A stretch of 39,448 nucleotides of DNA from Chiloscyllium plagiosum (Eukaryota): the NCBI RefSeq assembly GCF_004010195.1, contig NC_057718.1, positions 58,165,475 to 58,204,922 of the forward strand. Reading direction: 5' to 3'. Numbering within the stretch: the first letter of the stretch is position 1; the number at the start of each line of letters is the position of its first letter. The translations under genes and the position numbers were made by a program. Below the pieces are notes generated by a model. That model had not been told where the DNA came from, searched no databases, and saw only the letters and a list, made by a program, of their open reading frames with translations. This document shows positions 1 to 12,075 of this stretch, piece after piece.

Positions 1-3000
1 CTCCACAGCACAGTGTGTTTATGCAGGGCTCCACAGCACAGTGTGTTTATGCAGGGCTCCACAGCACAGTGTGTTTATGCAGGGCTCCACAGCACAGTGT
101 GTTTATGCAGGGCTCCACAGCACAGTGTGTTTGTGCAGGACTCCACAGGACAGTGTGTTTATGCAGGGATCCACAGCACAGTGTGTTTATACAGGGCGCT
201 ACAGCACAGTGTGTTCATCTAGGCCACTACAGCACAGTTTGTTTATGTTGGGCGTTACAGCACAGTGTGTTTACGAAGGGCGCTACCGTACAGTGTTTTT
301 ATGCAGGGTGCTACAGCAAAGTGTGTTTATGCAGGGCGCTACCGTACAGTGTTTTTCTGCATTACTCCACAGCACAGTGTGGTTATGCTGGGCACTACAG
401 CACACTGTGTTTATGCAGGGCTCCACAGCACAGTGTGTTTATGCAGGGTGCTACAGCACAGTGTGTTTATGCAGGTCTCCACAGCACAGTGTGTTTATGC
501 AGTGCTCCACAGCACAGTGTGTTTATGCGGTGCGCTACAGCACAGTGTGTTTTTGCCGTGCTCCACAATACAGTGTGTTTACGCAGGGCTCTACAGCATA
601 GAGTGTTCATGCAGGACTCCACAGCACAGTGTGTTTATGCAGGGCTCTACAGCACAGTGTGTTTACGCAGGTCTCCACAGCACAGTGTGTTTATGCAGTG
701 CTCCACAGCACAGTGTGTTTATGCGGTGCGCTACAGCACGGTGTGTTTTTGCAGTGCTCCACAGCACAGTGTGTTTATGCAGGGCTCCACAGCACAGTGT
801 GTTTATACAGGGCACTACAGCACACTGTGTTTATGCAGGACTCCACAGGACAGTGTGTTTATGCAGGGCTACACAGCACAGTGTGTTTATGCAGGGCACT
901 GCAGCACAGTGTGTTTATGCAGGGCTCCACAGCACAGTGTGTTTATGCAGTGCGCTACAGCACAGTGTGTTTATGCAGGGCTCCACAGCACAGTGTGTTT
1001 ATGCAGTGCTCCACAGCACAGTGTGTTTATGCAGGGCACCACAACACCGTGTGTTTATGCAGGGCTCCACAGCACAGTGTGTTTATGCAGGGTGCTGCAG
1101 TACAGTGTGTTTATGCAGGGCTCCACAGCACAGTGTGTTTATGCAGGGGGCGCTACAGCACAGTGTGATTATGCAGGGCACAACAGCACAGTGTGTTTAC
1201 GCAGGGCGCTACAGCACAGTGTGTTTATGCAGGGCTCCATAGCACAGTGTGTTTATGCAGGGCTCCACAGCACCATGTGTTTATGCAGTGCTCCACAGCA
1301 CAGTGTGTTTATGCAGGGCTCCACTGCACAGTGTGTTTTTTGCAGGGCTCCAGAGCACAGTGTGTTTATGCAGGGTGCTACAGCACAGTGTGTTGATGCA
1401 GGGCGATACAACACAGTGTTTTTTTTTGCTGGGCTCCACAGCACAGTGTGGTTATGCAGGGCGGTTCAGCACAGTATGTTTATGCAGGGCACTACCGCAG
1501 AGTGTGTTTATGCAGGGCGCTACAGCACAGTGTGTTTATGCAGGGCGCTACAGCACAGTGTGTTTATGCAGCGCTCCACAGTGCAGTGTGTTTATGCAGG
1601 GCTCCACAGCACAGTGTGTTTATGCAGGGCGCTCCATCAGAGTGTGTTTATGCAGGGCGCTACAGCACAGTGTGTTTATGCAGGACTCCACAGCACAGTG
1701 TGTGTGTGCAGGATCCACAGGACAGAGTGTTTGTGCAGGACTCCACAGCACAGTGTGTTTGTGCAGGACTCCACAGCACAGTGTGTTTGTGCAGGGCTCC
1801 ACAGGACAGTGTGTTTGTGCAGGGCTCCACAGGACACTGTTTGTGCCGGACTCCACAGGTCAGTGTGTTTGTGCAGGGTGCTACAGCACAGTGTGTTTTT
1901 GCAGGGCGCTACAGCACAGTGTGTTTATACATGGCTCCACAGGACAGTGTGTTTACGCAGGGCTCCACAGCACAGTGAGTTGATGCAGGCCGTTACAGCA
2001 CGGTGTGTTTGTGCAGGGCTCCACAGGACAGTGTGTCTGTGCAGGGCTCCACAGGACACTGTGTTTGTGCAGGACTCCACAGGACACTGTGTTTGTGCAG
2101 GACTCCACAGGACAGTGTGTTTGTGCAGGACTCCACAGGACAGTGTGTTTATGCAGGGATCCACAGCACAGTGTGTTTATGCAGGGCGCTACAGCACAAC
2201 GTGTTTATGCAGGGATCCACAGGACAGTGTGTTTGTGCAGGGCGCTACAGCACGGTGTGTTTATCCAGTGCACTGCAGCACAGTGTGTTTATACTGGGCT
2301 CCACAGCACAGTGTGTTTACGCAGGGCTCCACAGCACAATGTGTTGATGCAGGGCGTTACAGCACAGAGTGTTTATGCAGGATGATACAACACAGTGTGT
2401 TTATGCAGGGCGCTACAGCACAGTGTGTTTGTGCAGGACTCCACAGGACAGTGTGTTTGTGCAGGACTCCACAGGATATTGTGTTTGTGCTGAACTCCAC
2501 AGGACATTGTGTTTGTGCAGGGCTCCACTGGAGAGCGTGTGTGTGCAGGGCTCCACTGTAGAGCGTGTGTGTGCAGGGCTCCACAGCACAGTGTACTTGC
2601 GCTGGGATCCACAAGACAGTGTGTTTGTGCAGGGTTCCACGGCACAGTGTGTTTGTGCAGGGCTCCCAATGTTGAGTGTTGGTGCAGGTTTCCACAGGAT
2701 AGTATATTTGTGCAAGGCACCGCAGCACCGTATGTTTGTGCTGAGGTCCACAAGACAGTGTGTTTGTGCAGGACTTCAGAGCACAGTGTGCTGGTGCAGG
2801 ATATCACAGGACAATGTGTTTGTGCAGGAGTCCAAAGGACAGTGTATTTTTGCAGGTCTCCACGGGACAGTGTGTTTATGCAGGACTCCACGGGACAGTG
2901 CGTTTATGCAGGGCTCCACGGGACAGTGCATTTATGTAGGGCTCAAGAGCACAGTGTGTTTATGCAGGGCGCTACAGCACAGTGTGTTTATGCAGGGCTC

Positions 3001-6000
3001 CACAGCACAGTGTGTTTATGCAGGGCGCTACAGCACAGTGTATTTATGCAGGGCTCCACAGCACAGTATGTTTGTGCAGGGCACCACAGCACAGTGTGTT
3101 TATGCAGGGCGCTATAGCACAGTGTGTTTATGCAAGGGCTCCACAGCACAGAGTGTTTATGCAGGACTCCACAGCACAGTGTGTTTGTGCAGGACTCCAC
3201 AGGACAGTGTGTTTGTGAGGGGCTCCACAGCCTAGTGTGTTTATGCAGGGCTCCACAGCACAGTATNNNNNNNNNNNNNNNNNNNNNNNNNNNNNNNNNN
3301 NNNNNNNNNNNNNNNNNNNNNNNNNNNNNNNNNNNNNNNNNNNNNNNNNNNNNNNNNNNNNNNNNNNNNNNNNNNNNNNNNNNNNNNNNNNNNNNNNNNN
3401 NNNNNNNNNNNNNNNNNNNNNNNNNNNNNNNNNNNNNNNNNNNNNNNNNNNNNNNNNNNNNNNNNNNNNNNNNNNNNNNNNNNNNNNNNNNNNNNNNNNN
3501 NNNNNNNNNNNNNNNNNNNNNNNNNNNNNNNNNNNNNNNNNNNNNNNNNNNNNNNNNNNNNNNNNNNNNNNNNNNNNNNNNNNNNNNNNNNNNNNNNNNN
3601 NNNNNNNNNNNNNNNNNNNNNNNNNNNNNNNNNNNNNNNNNNNNNNNNNNNNNNNNNNNNNNNNNNNNNNNNNNNNNNNNNNNNNNNNNNNNNNNNNNNN
3701 NNNNNNNNNNNNNNNNNNNNNNNNNNNNNNNNNNNNNNNNNNNNNNNNNNNNNNNNNNNNNNNNNNGTTTATGCAGGGCTCCACAGCACAGTGTGTTTAA
3801 GCAGGGCTCCACAGCACAGTGTGTTTATGCAGGGCTCCACAGGACAGTGTGTTTGTGCAGGGCACCACAGCACAGTGTGTTTATACAGGGCGCTACAGCA
3901 CAGTGTGTTTATGCAGTGCGCTACAGCACAGTGTGTTCATGCAGGGCTCCACAGCACAGTGTGTTTATGCAGGGCTCCACAGCACCATGTGTTTATGCAG
4001 TGCTCCACAGCACAGAGTGTTTATGTAGGGCGCTGCAGCACAGTGTGTTTACGCAGGGCGCTTCAGCACAGTGTGTTTATGCAGGGCGTTACAGCACAGT
4101 GTGTTTATGCAGGGTTCTACAGCACAGTGTGTTTTTGCAGCGCATTGCAGCCCAGTGTGTTTATGCAGGTCTCCACTGCCCAGTGTGTTTATGCAGGGCT
4201 CCACAGCACAGTGTGTTAATGCAGGTCTCCACAGCATAGTATGTTTATGCAGGGCTTCACAGCACAGTGTGTTTATGCAAGGCTCCACAGTACAGTGTGT
4301 TTATGCAGGGCGCCACAACACTGTGTGTTTATGCAGTACGTTACAGCACAGTGTGTTTATGCAAGGGCTCCACAGCACAGAGTGTTCATGCAGGACTCCA
4401 CAGGATAGTGTGTTTGTGCAGGACTCCACAGGACAGTGTGTTTGTGCAGGGCTCCACAGGACACTTGTGTTTGTGCAGGATACCACAGGACAATGTGTTT
4501 GTGCAGGAGTCCAAAGGACAGTGTATCTGTGCAGGGCTTCACGGGACAGTGTGTTTCTGCAGGACTCCACGGGACAGTGTGTTTATGCAGGGCTCCACGG
4601 GACAGTGCATCTATGCAGGGCTCCAGAGCACAGTGTGTTTAGGCAGGACGTTACAGCACAGTGTGTTTATTCAGGGCTCCACAGTACAGTGTGTTTATGC
4701 AGGGCGCTACAGCACAGTGGGTTTATGCAGGGCTCCACAGCACTGTGTGTTTATGCAGGGCTCCACAGCACTGTGTGTTTATGCAGGGCGCTACAGCACA
4801 GTGTGTTTATGCAGGGCTCCACAGCACAGTGTGTTTCTGCAGGGCACTACAGCACAGTGTGTTTATGCAGGGCTCCACAGAACAGTGTGTTTATGCAGGG
4901 CTCCACAGCACAGTGTGTTTATGCAGGGCGCTACAGCACAGTGTGTTTGTGCAGGGCTCCACAGCACAGTGTGTTTATGCAGGGCGCTACAGCACAGTAT
5001 GTTCAAGCAGGTCTCCACAGCCCAGTGTGTTTATGCAGTACGTTACAGCACAGTGTGTTTATGCAAGGGCTCCACAGCACAGAGTGTTCATGCAGGACTC
5101 CACAGGACAGTGTGTTTGTGCAGGACCCCACAGGACAGTGTGTTTGTGCAGGGCTCCACAGGACACTTGTGTTTGTGCAGGACTCCACAGGACAGTGTGT
5201 TTGTGCAGTAATCCACAGGACATTGTGTTTGTGCAGGATACCACAGGACAATGTGTTTGTGCAGGAGTCCAAAGGACAGTGTATCTGTGCAGGGCTTCAC
5301 GGGACAGTGTGTTTCTGCAGGACTCCACGGGACAGTGTGTTTATGCAGGGCTCCACGGGACAGTGCATCTATGCAGGGCTCCAGAGCACATTGTGTTTAG
5401 GCAGGGCGCTACAGCACAGTGGGTTTATGCAGGGCTCCACAGCACAGTGTGTTTATGGCAGGGCGCTACAGCACAGTGTGTTTATGCAGGGCGCTACTGC
5501 ACAGTGTGTTTATGCAGGGCTCCACAGCACAGTGTGTTTCTGCAGGGCACTACAGCACAGTGTGTTTATGCAGGGCTCCACAGAACAGTGTGTTTATGCA
5601 GGGCTCCACAGCACAGTGTGTTTATGCAGGGCGCTACAGCACAGTGTGTTTGTGCAGGGCTCCACAGCACAGTGTGTTTATGCAGGGCGCTACAGCACAG
5701 TATGTTCAAGCAGGTCTCCACAGCCCAGTGTGTTTATGCAGGGCTCCACAGCACAGTGTGTTTATGCAGGGCTCCATAGCACAGTGTGTTTATGCAGGGC
5801 GCTACAGCACAGTGTGTTTATGCAGGGCTCCTTAGCACAGTGTGTTTATGCAGGGTGCGATAGTACAGTGTGTTTTTGCAGGGCGCTACAGCACACTGTG
5901 TTTATGCAGGGCTCCACAGCACAATGTGTTTATGCAGGGCTCCACAGCACAGAGTGTTTATGCAGGGCGCTCCAGCACAGTGTGTTTATGCAGGGCTCCA

Positions 6001-8210
6001 CTGGAGAGCGTGTGTGTGCAGGGCACCACTGTAGAGCGTGTGTGTGCAGGGCTCCACAGCACAGTGTGTTTGTGCAGGGCTCCCAATGTGGTGTGTTGGT
6101 GCAGGTTTCCACAGGACAGTATATTTGTGCAGGATTTTGCAGCACCGTGTGTTTGTGCTGGGGTCCACAAGACAGTGTGATTGTGCAGGACTCCACAGCA
6201 CAGTGTTCTGGTGCAGGATATCTCAGGACAATGTGTTTGTGCAGGAGTCCAAGGACAGTGTGTTTATGCAGGTCTCCACAGTACCGTGTGTTTATGCAGT
6301 GCTCCACAGCACAGTGTGTTTATGCAGGGCACAACAGGACCGTGTGTTTACGCAGGGCGTTTCAGCACAGTGTGTTTATGCTGGGTTCCACAGCACAGTG
6401 TGTTTATGCAGGGCGCCACAGCACCGTGTGTTTATGCAGTGCTCCACAGCACAGTGTGTTTATGCAGGGCGCTGCAGCACAGTGTGTTTACGCAGGGCGC
6501 TTCAGCACAGTGTGTTTATGCAGGGTGCTACAGCACAGTGTGTTTATGCAGGGCTCCACAGCACAGTATGTTTATGCAGGGCTTCACAGCACAGTGTGTT
6601 TATGCAGGGCGCTATAGCACAGTGTGTATATGCAAGGCTCCACAGTACAGTGTGTTTAAGCAGGGCGCTACAGCACAGTGTGTTTATGCAGGTCTCCACA
6701 GCACAGTATGTTTATGCAGGGCTCCACAGCACAGTTTATTTATTCAGTACATAACAGCACAGTGTGTTTATGCAAGGGCTCCACAGCACAGAGTGTTTAT
6801 GCAGGACTCCACAGCACAGTGTGTTTGTGCAGGACTCCACAGGACAGTGTGTTTGTGAGGGGCTCCACAGCCCAGTGTGTTTATGCAGGGCTCCACAGCA
6901 CAGTATGTCTAAGCAGGGCGCTACAGCACAGTATGTTTATGCAGGGCTCCACAGCACAGTGTGTTTATGCAGGGCACTACAGCACACTGTGTTTATGCAG
7001 GGCTCCACAGCACAGTGTGTTCATGCAGGGTGCTACAGCACAGTGTGTTTATGCAGGTCTCCACAGCACAGTGTGTTTATGCAAGGCTCCACAGCACATT
7101 GTGTTTATGCAGGGCGCTACAGCACAATGTGTTTATGCAGGGATTCACATCACAGTGTATTTATGCAGGGCGCTAAAGCACGGTGTGTTTATGCAGGGCG
7201 CTACAGCACAGTGTGTTTATACTGGGCTCCACAGCACAGTGTGTTTACGCAGGGCTCCACAGCACAGTGTGTTGATGCAGGGCGTTACAGCACAGTGTGT
7301 TTATGCAGGACGGTACAACACAGTGTGTTTATGCAGGTCTCCACAGCCCAGTGTGTTTATGCAGGGCTCCACAGCACAGTATGTTTATGCAGGGCGCTAC
7401 AGCACAGTGTGTTTATGCAGGGCACAACAGGACCGTGTGTTTACGCAGGGCGCTTCAGCACAGTGTGTTTATGCAGGATTCCACAGCACAGAGTGTTTAT
7501 GCAGGGCGCTACAGCACGGTGTGTTTATGCAGGGCGCTACAGCACAGTGTGTTTAGGCAGGGCTCTACAGCACAGTGTGTTTATGCAGGGCGCTACAGCA
7601 CGGTGTGTTTATGCAGGGCGCTACAGCTCAGTGTGTTTATGCAGGGCTCCACAGCACACTTTGTTTATATTGGGCGCTACAACACAGTGTGTTTATGCAG
7701 GGCTCCATAGCACGATGTGTTTATGCAGTGCGCTACAGCACAGTGTGGTTATGCAGGGCTCCACGGCACAGTGTGTTTATGCTTGGCTCCACAGCACAGT
7801 GTGTTTATGCAGGGTGCTGCAGTACAGTGTGTTTATGCAGGGCTCCACAGCACAGTGTATGTATGCAGGGCTCCGCAGCACAGTTTGTTTATGCTGGGCG
7901 CTACAGCACAGTCCATTTATGCAGGGCGCTACAGCGCAGTGTGTTATTTGCAGAGCTCCAAAGTAAGTGTGTTTGTGCAGGATTCCACAGGACAGTGTGT
8001 CTGTGCAGGATTCCACATGACAGTGTGTTTGTGCAGGATTCTACAGCACAGTGTGCCTGTGCAGGACTCCACAGCACAGTGTGCCTGTGCAGGATTCCAC
8101 ATGACAGTGTGTTTGTGCAGGATTCCACAAGACAGTGTGTCTGTGCAGGATTCCAGAGGCCACTGCATTTGTACAGGATTGCACAGTACAGTGTGTTTGT
8201 GCAGGGCTCA
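1..8210. repeat. 28-bp tandem satellite/minisatellite, consensus CTCCACAGCACAGTGTGTTTATGCAGGG, with variant units (CGCTACAG, GGACTCC/AGGACAG)
   Basis: The unit is directly visible head-to-tail from base 1, and units degrade towards ~7900-8210. The ORF track shows the same 28-aa repeat (3 units = 84 bp) in all three + frames. Confidence 0.98.
3267..3766. other. Assembly gap (500 N)
   Basis: Exactly 500 Ns. A round number suggests a scaffolding placeholder rather than a measured size. Confidence 0.99.
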
Positions 8211-8450
8211 ATGGGAACTCCCAGGTCATTTCCTCAGCCCTGAAGCTCTTCAACCATGTCCTGAAACAAACTCGCATCTCCTTCCCCACTGACCTATTGT
8301 ACTCTATGCCACTCTCTCTAGCTTATCTCTCCACGCCTCAGGCCCTTCATCAGAAATCCTGATGAAGGGCTTTTGCCCGAAACGTCGATTTTGCCTGTCC
8401 TCGGATGCTGCCTGAATTGCTGTGCTCTTCCAGCACCACTGATCCAGAAT
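8211..8450 (+). mobile_element. Internally deleted Penelope-like retroelement remnant with terminal (pLTR-type) sequence
   Basis: Contains CCTGATGAAGGGCTTTTGCCCGAAACGTCGATTTT followed by CTCGGATGCTGCCTGAATTGCTGTGCTCTTCCAGCACCAC, homologous to 22681-22762. An inverted copy GCCCTTCATCAG lies at 8342-8353. The Penelope assignment is from recognition of this terminus type. Confidence 0.65.
8352..8393 (+). ncRNA. Minimal type I hammerhead ribozyme motif
   Basis: Stem I GAAAUC(8353-8358)/GAUUUU(8387-8392). Core CUGAUGA 8359-8365 plus one extra A. Stem II GGGC-UUUU-GCCC. GAAA 8379-8382. Palindromic ACGU in place of stem III. GUC cleavage triplet 8384-8386. Confidence 0.7.
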
Positions 8451-8563
8451 ATCATTTAAATTAGCAGACTGCACAAAGTGTGCCTGCATTGGAAAGAATG
8501 ATCAGAGGTATGTTGTAAGCAACTGCCTTTGAATTCAATGCTGTATTTTCTGGAATGTGATAT

Positions 8564-8929
8564 CAAAAAAAAGTTGCTGAACATGACATGATGGTAAGAG
8601 CACAATCACCTGATAAGGGTGATTTCTAATGTAGGTTATTTTAAATCTTCATTTAACAGTGCTTAAAATTAAAGATCCCTGTTACTAATCAAAAGGATAT
8701 ACATCACATTCCAAAGCAGATAGGTTTCATGGTTTCTCATCTTAATATCTGTCACTTTTCAGTTAATTGGAGATATGTAAGCAATGTCCCATATTGTTGC
8801 TTTCTGAACTGATTGTCAGTATTTTATAATGGTTTCTTAAAAGCCAGCAGTAATGAAACTCAAGGAACAGTATTGTTTAAACAATCATTAAATGTTTTTA
8901 TTCCACACATGAGGCTGCCTAGCTGAGCA
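8564..8929. repeat. Left arm of a ~360-bp inverted duplication
   Basis: Reverse complement of 10195-10554. By eye about 6 substitutions and one short indel. Confidence 0.95.
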
Positions 8930-8964
8930 GAACATGGAGTGACTCGGAATCAGGAGCGACACAG

Positions 8965-9720
8965 GTTGGAGTGCGAGCTTGCACACAGGAAAAGAGCTGT
9001 ATTGGTTGGAAATCAGTCATGTCAGATTCAGGACATTTCTGCAGGAGTTCCTCAGGGTTGTGTTCTACCATCTTTCACTGCTTCATCAATGACCTTCCTG
9101 CAACATAAGGTCAGAAATGGGAAAGTCACCAATGATTGTAGTGTTTAGCATTATTCATGACTCTTCATGTATTGTAGTAGTCCGTATCCAAATGCAGCAA
9201 AACTCGGGCAATGTCCAGGCTTGAGCTGATCGTGTCAAGTCAGATTTGCACCATTCAAGTGCCAGGTAATGACCATCTCCAAGAAGGTAAAGTTTAGCCA
9301 TTGCCTCTCGGATGTTTATTTGTGTTGCCATTACTGAATTCACCACTCTCAACATCCTGGGAATTCTGCAAAAAGTAACTCAGCTCCTGACTTCCCCAAA
9401 TCTGCTAACAATCTCCAAGGCACAAGTCAGGACTACGACGGAATAGTCTTCACTCTGCCTGGATGAGTACAGCTCCAACAAGGCAAAGAAGCTTGACACC
9501 ATCTAGGACAAAGGAGCCTGCTCGACTGGCACCATATCCGAACATTCATTCCCTCCATCACTGACAGCAGTGTGGACCAGCTACAAGATGCACTGCAACA
9601 AGTCCCCGAGTCTCCTTTGACATCACCTTCCAAACCTGTGACTGTTACCATCTGGAAGGACAAATGCAGCAGATATATTGGAAAACCACCATCTGCAAGT
9701 TCACTCCAGGTTACTCATCA
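8965..9720 (+). mobile_element. Degraded non-LTR retrotransposon (CR1/L2-group) reverse-transcriptase 3' fragment
   Basis: ORF 8939..9148 contains DISAGVPQGCVL, matching the RT motif GVPQGSVL. Downstream sequence (GCACAAGTCAGG...GAAGCTTGACACCATCTAGGACAAAG...CTACAAGATGCACTGC) resembles a common shark LINE 3' region. Many frameshifts. Confidence 0.7.
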
Positions 9721-10194
9721 TCTCATCTCATCCATGAATAATCATTGAACAGCTTCAGTACTTTGCCCTCTCTTTTTGTTTGTTCCTTATCATCCCAGTT
9801 GTCATTTATTCCCACTGCCTCTCTGTCGGCGGGTGATAAAATTCTCGAGTTTTATGTTTCACATACCTTTGCTCTGTCTGTCCGGCGGCATTCTGTGGCC
9901 AGCTTTATTTTTCAGTTCAGCTTTTTTTTTCTTCAGCAAAATAGTCTTCAAGCCTTTCACTCATCCCAGGTATCTTATAGATCCAGGAAAGCTCACATCA
10001 CCCAGGCGACACACACATCAAGATGGTTTCGCAGTGATAGTTGGCATCTTTCTAATTCGAGGCTAAGCTTTTATAAATAAGTCTGCTGCTTCCTTTGTGA
10101 TGGGAAAACAAAGACACAAATGGATAGGATTGGGGGAGCGTGGGATTTAATATGATTTGACATGTCTGAGTGTATAAATCACCAGCAAATCAGA

Positions 10195-10554
10195 TGCTCA
10201 GCTAGGCAGCCTTTGAATAAAAACATTTAATAATTGTTTAAACAATACTGTTACTTGAGTTTCATTCCTGCTGGCTTTTAAGAAACCATTATAAAATACT
10301 GACAATCAGTTCAGAAAGCAACAATATGGGACATTGCTTACATATCTCCAATTAACTGAAAAGTGACAGATATTAAGATGAGAAACCATGAAACCTATCT
10401 GCTTTGGAATGTGATGTATATCCTTTTGATTAGTAACAGGGATCTTTAATTTTAAGCACTGTTAAATGAAGATTTAAAATAACCTACATTAGAAATTACC
10501 CTTATCAGGTGATTGTGCTCTTACTATCATGTCATGTTCAGCAACTTTCTTTTG
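10195..10554. repeat. Right arm of the ~360-bp inverted duplication
   Basis: Reverse complement of 8564-8929. Confidence 0.95.
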
Positions 10555-10939
10555 TTTCATCTGATGTAAAGTGCTTGAGTTGCAAGACTAAATGCAGCTT
10601 CATTACTTTGTTTCATTATCTGGACGGGTTAGGGTAATTAAGTGCCATTTATTGAACTTGTATGGCAGATCTGGGAATAATTAACATACCACAGTGGCAT
10701 GCAATTTCTGACATGAAGCCACTCTAAGAAAATGCTTTGAACTGACCTTTCAAGTCAATATCATTAATAATGTAATATTTATAGTGCAACATTCAGGAAC
10801 AGACAGAAAATTGAATTGCCATCAGAGGTCCTAATTTACATAAGGCACTGGCAAACTATATTTGAGAGCACTGATTGCAATTCTTTGAAAGCAGAAGGAT
10901 TGTAATGATGATGGGTCATAATGATAATGGGTCAGCTGA

Positions 10940-11260
10940 TTATCAACACGGATATGAAATAGACTGCTCACAGGAAATGAAGAATGGTTGTTTTTTAGTC
11001 TGAAACAAGAGTTAGTGGGGAATTTCCAGTGACCAGTGTTTGGATTCTTGGTCTTCATGAGATACATATATAAATAACTTAGATCTTGGTCCAAGTTTGC
11101 AGGCGATTAAAAAACTTACCAATATTGTGAACCATGAGGAGGACAACGGAGCACTTCAAAAGGACATACATGGGTGGGTGGAATGGATGGACAAATCGCA
11201 GAAGAAATTTACTGCAAAGGAATGTGAGGTGATTGGAATTGAGTAGAACATTTGGAAAGT
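10940..11260 (+). mobile_element. Highly degraded CR1 LINE RT fragment
   Basis: ATAAATAACTTAGAT...TCCAAGTTTGCAGGCGAT is a decayed IND-L...SKFADD RT core, followed by a decayed W-x-KWQM-x-F...KCEV segment. Confidence 0.65.
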
Positions 11261-11289
11261 TATTGAGCCAGCAAATGATGTGAAAGATA

Positions 11290-11880
11290 ATAGAGGGAAA
11301 AGTTACAGTACGAGAGAGAACAAACAAAAAGTATAAAATTGACCATAAAACGTTTCCAAGTATATAAAAGGGAAAGTGATTAAATGAGAGTGAAGGATTA
11401 AATTTAACCAACAAGGAAATGGCAGAAGTTTTGAGCAAATATTTTGTATCTGTCTTCACAGAAGAAAGATGCAAAAAGGACCCCAAGAATAGCAGCAAGT
11501 CATGAGGCGAAAGGGAGGGAGATCCTTAGAATCACTGGAGAAAAACTATTGGGAATATTAATGGAATCTGGGGGTTAACTGATCACTGAGCCTGACGGCT
11601 TGCAATCTTAGAGTCTGAAAAGAGTGACTGTAGCCATAGTGGATGCTTTGATCATAATCTTCCAATACTTCCTACATTTTGAAAAGGTTGTGCAGGATTT
11701 AGAAATTCTATTTAATGAAGGAAGGAGACCAAAAAAAAAATCTACAAGCCAGTCAACCTTATGTCTGTTACTGGGAAAAGCATGAACACATTATTCAATT
11801 TGTAGTGGTGTCACATTCAGAAAATAACAATAACAATTCAGGCAAAGTCAACAGAGTTTTGAGAAAGCAAAATCAGGTTC
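11290..11880 (+). mobile_element. Highly degraded CR1 ORF2 fragment (endonuclease-RT linker to RT start)
   Basis: AAGGAAATGGCAGAAGTTTTGAGCAAATATTTTGTATCTGTCTTCACA reads KEMAEVLSKYFVSVFT, typical of CR1 ORF2. It is followed by decayed PGPDG and NYRPVSL segments. Confidence 0.65.
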
Positions 11881-12075
11881 CTTTGTGGATGTTACAAACA
11901 GGAGTCAGAAAAAACCCTCCTCTGATTGGAAGAGTAGCCATCTGTGTGAATGTGTGTAGTTTCATTGTGTTTGCCTCAGGTGTTACTGGGGAGAGACACA
12001 TTGTCTGCTGTCTGGGGCTGGGGCTGTGAAATAAAGGCCCAAAGACAGGAGACAGTATGGAGGAAAGAGGCTCCA

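Noticed and set aside
2988..4239. ORFs crossing the N run
   Set aside because: Artefacts of translating the assembly gap.
15..6617. 848-aa Cys-rich proteins (keratin-associated or metallothionein-like)
   Set aside because: All three frames give the same peptide. The ORFs follow directly from a stop-free 28-bp unit.
1..8210. CRISPR array (28-bp repeat length)
   Set aside because: The units are contiguous with no unique spacers, there are no cas genes, and the context is eukaryotic.
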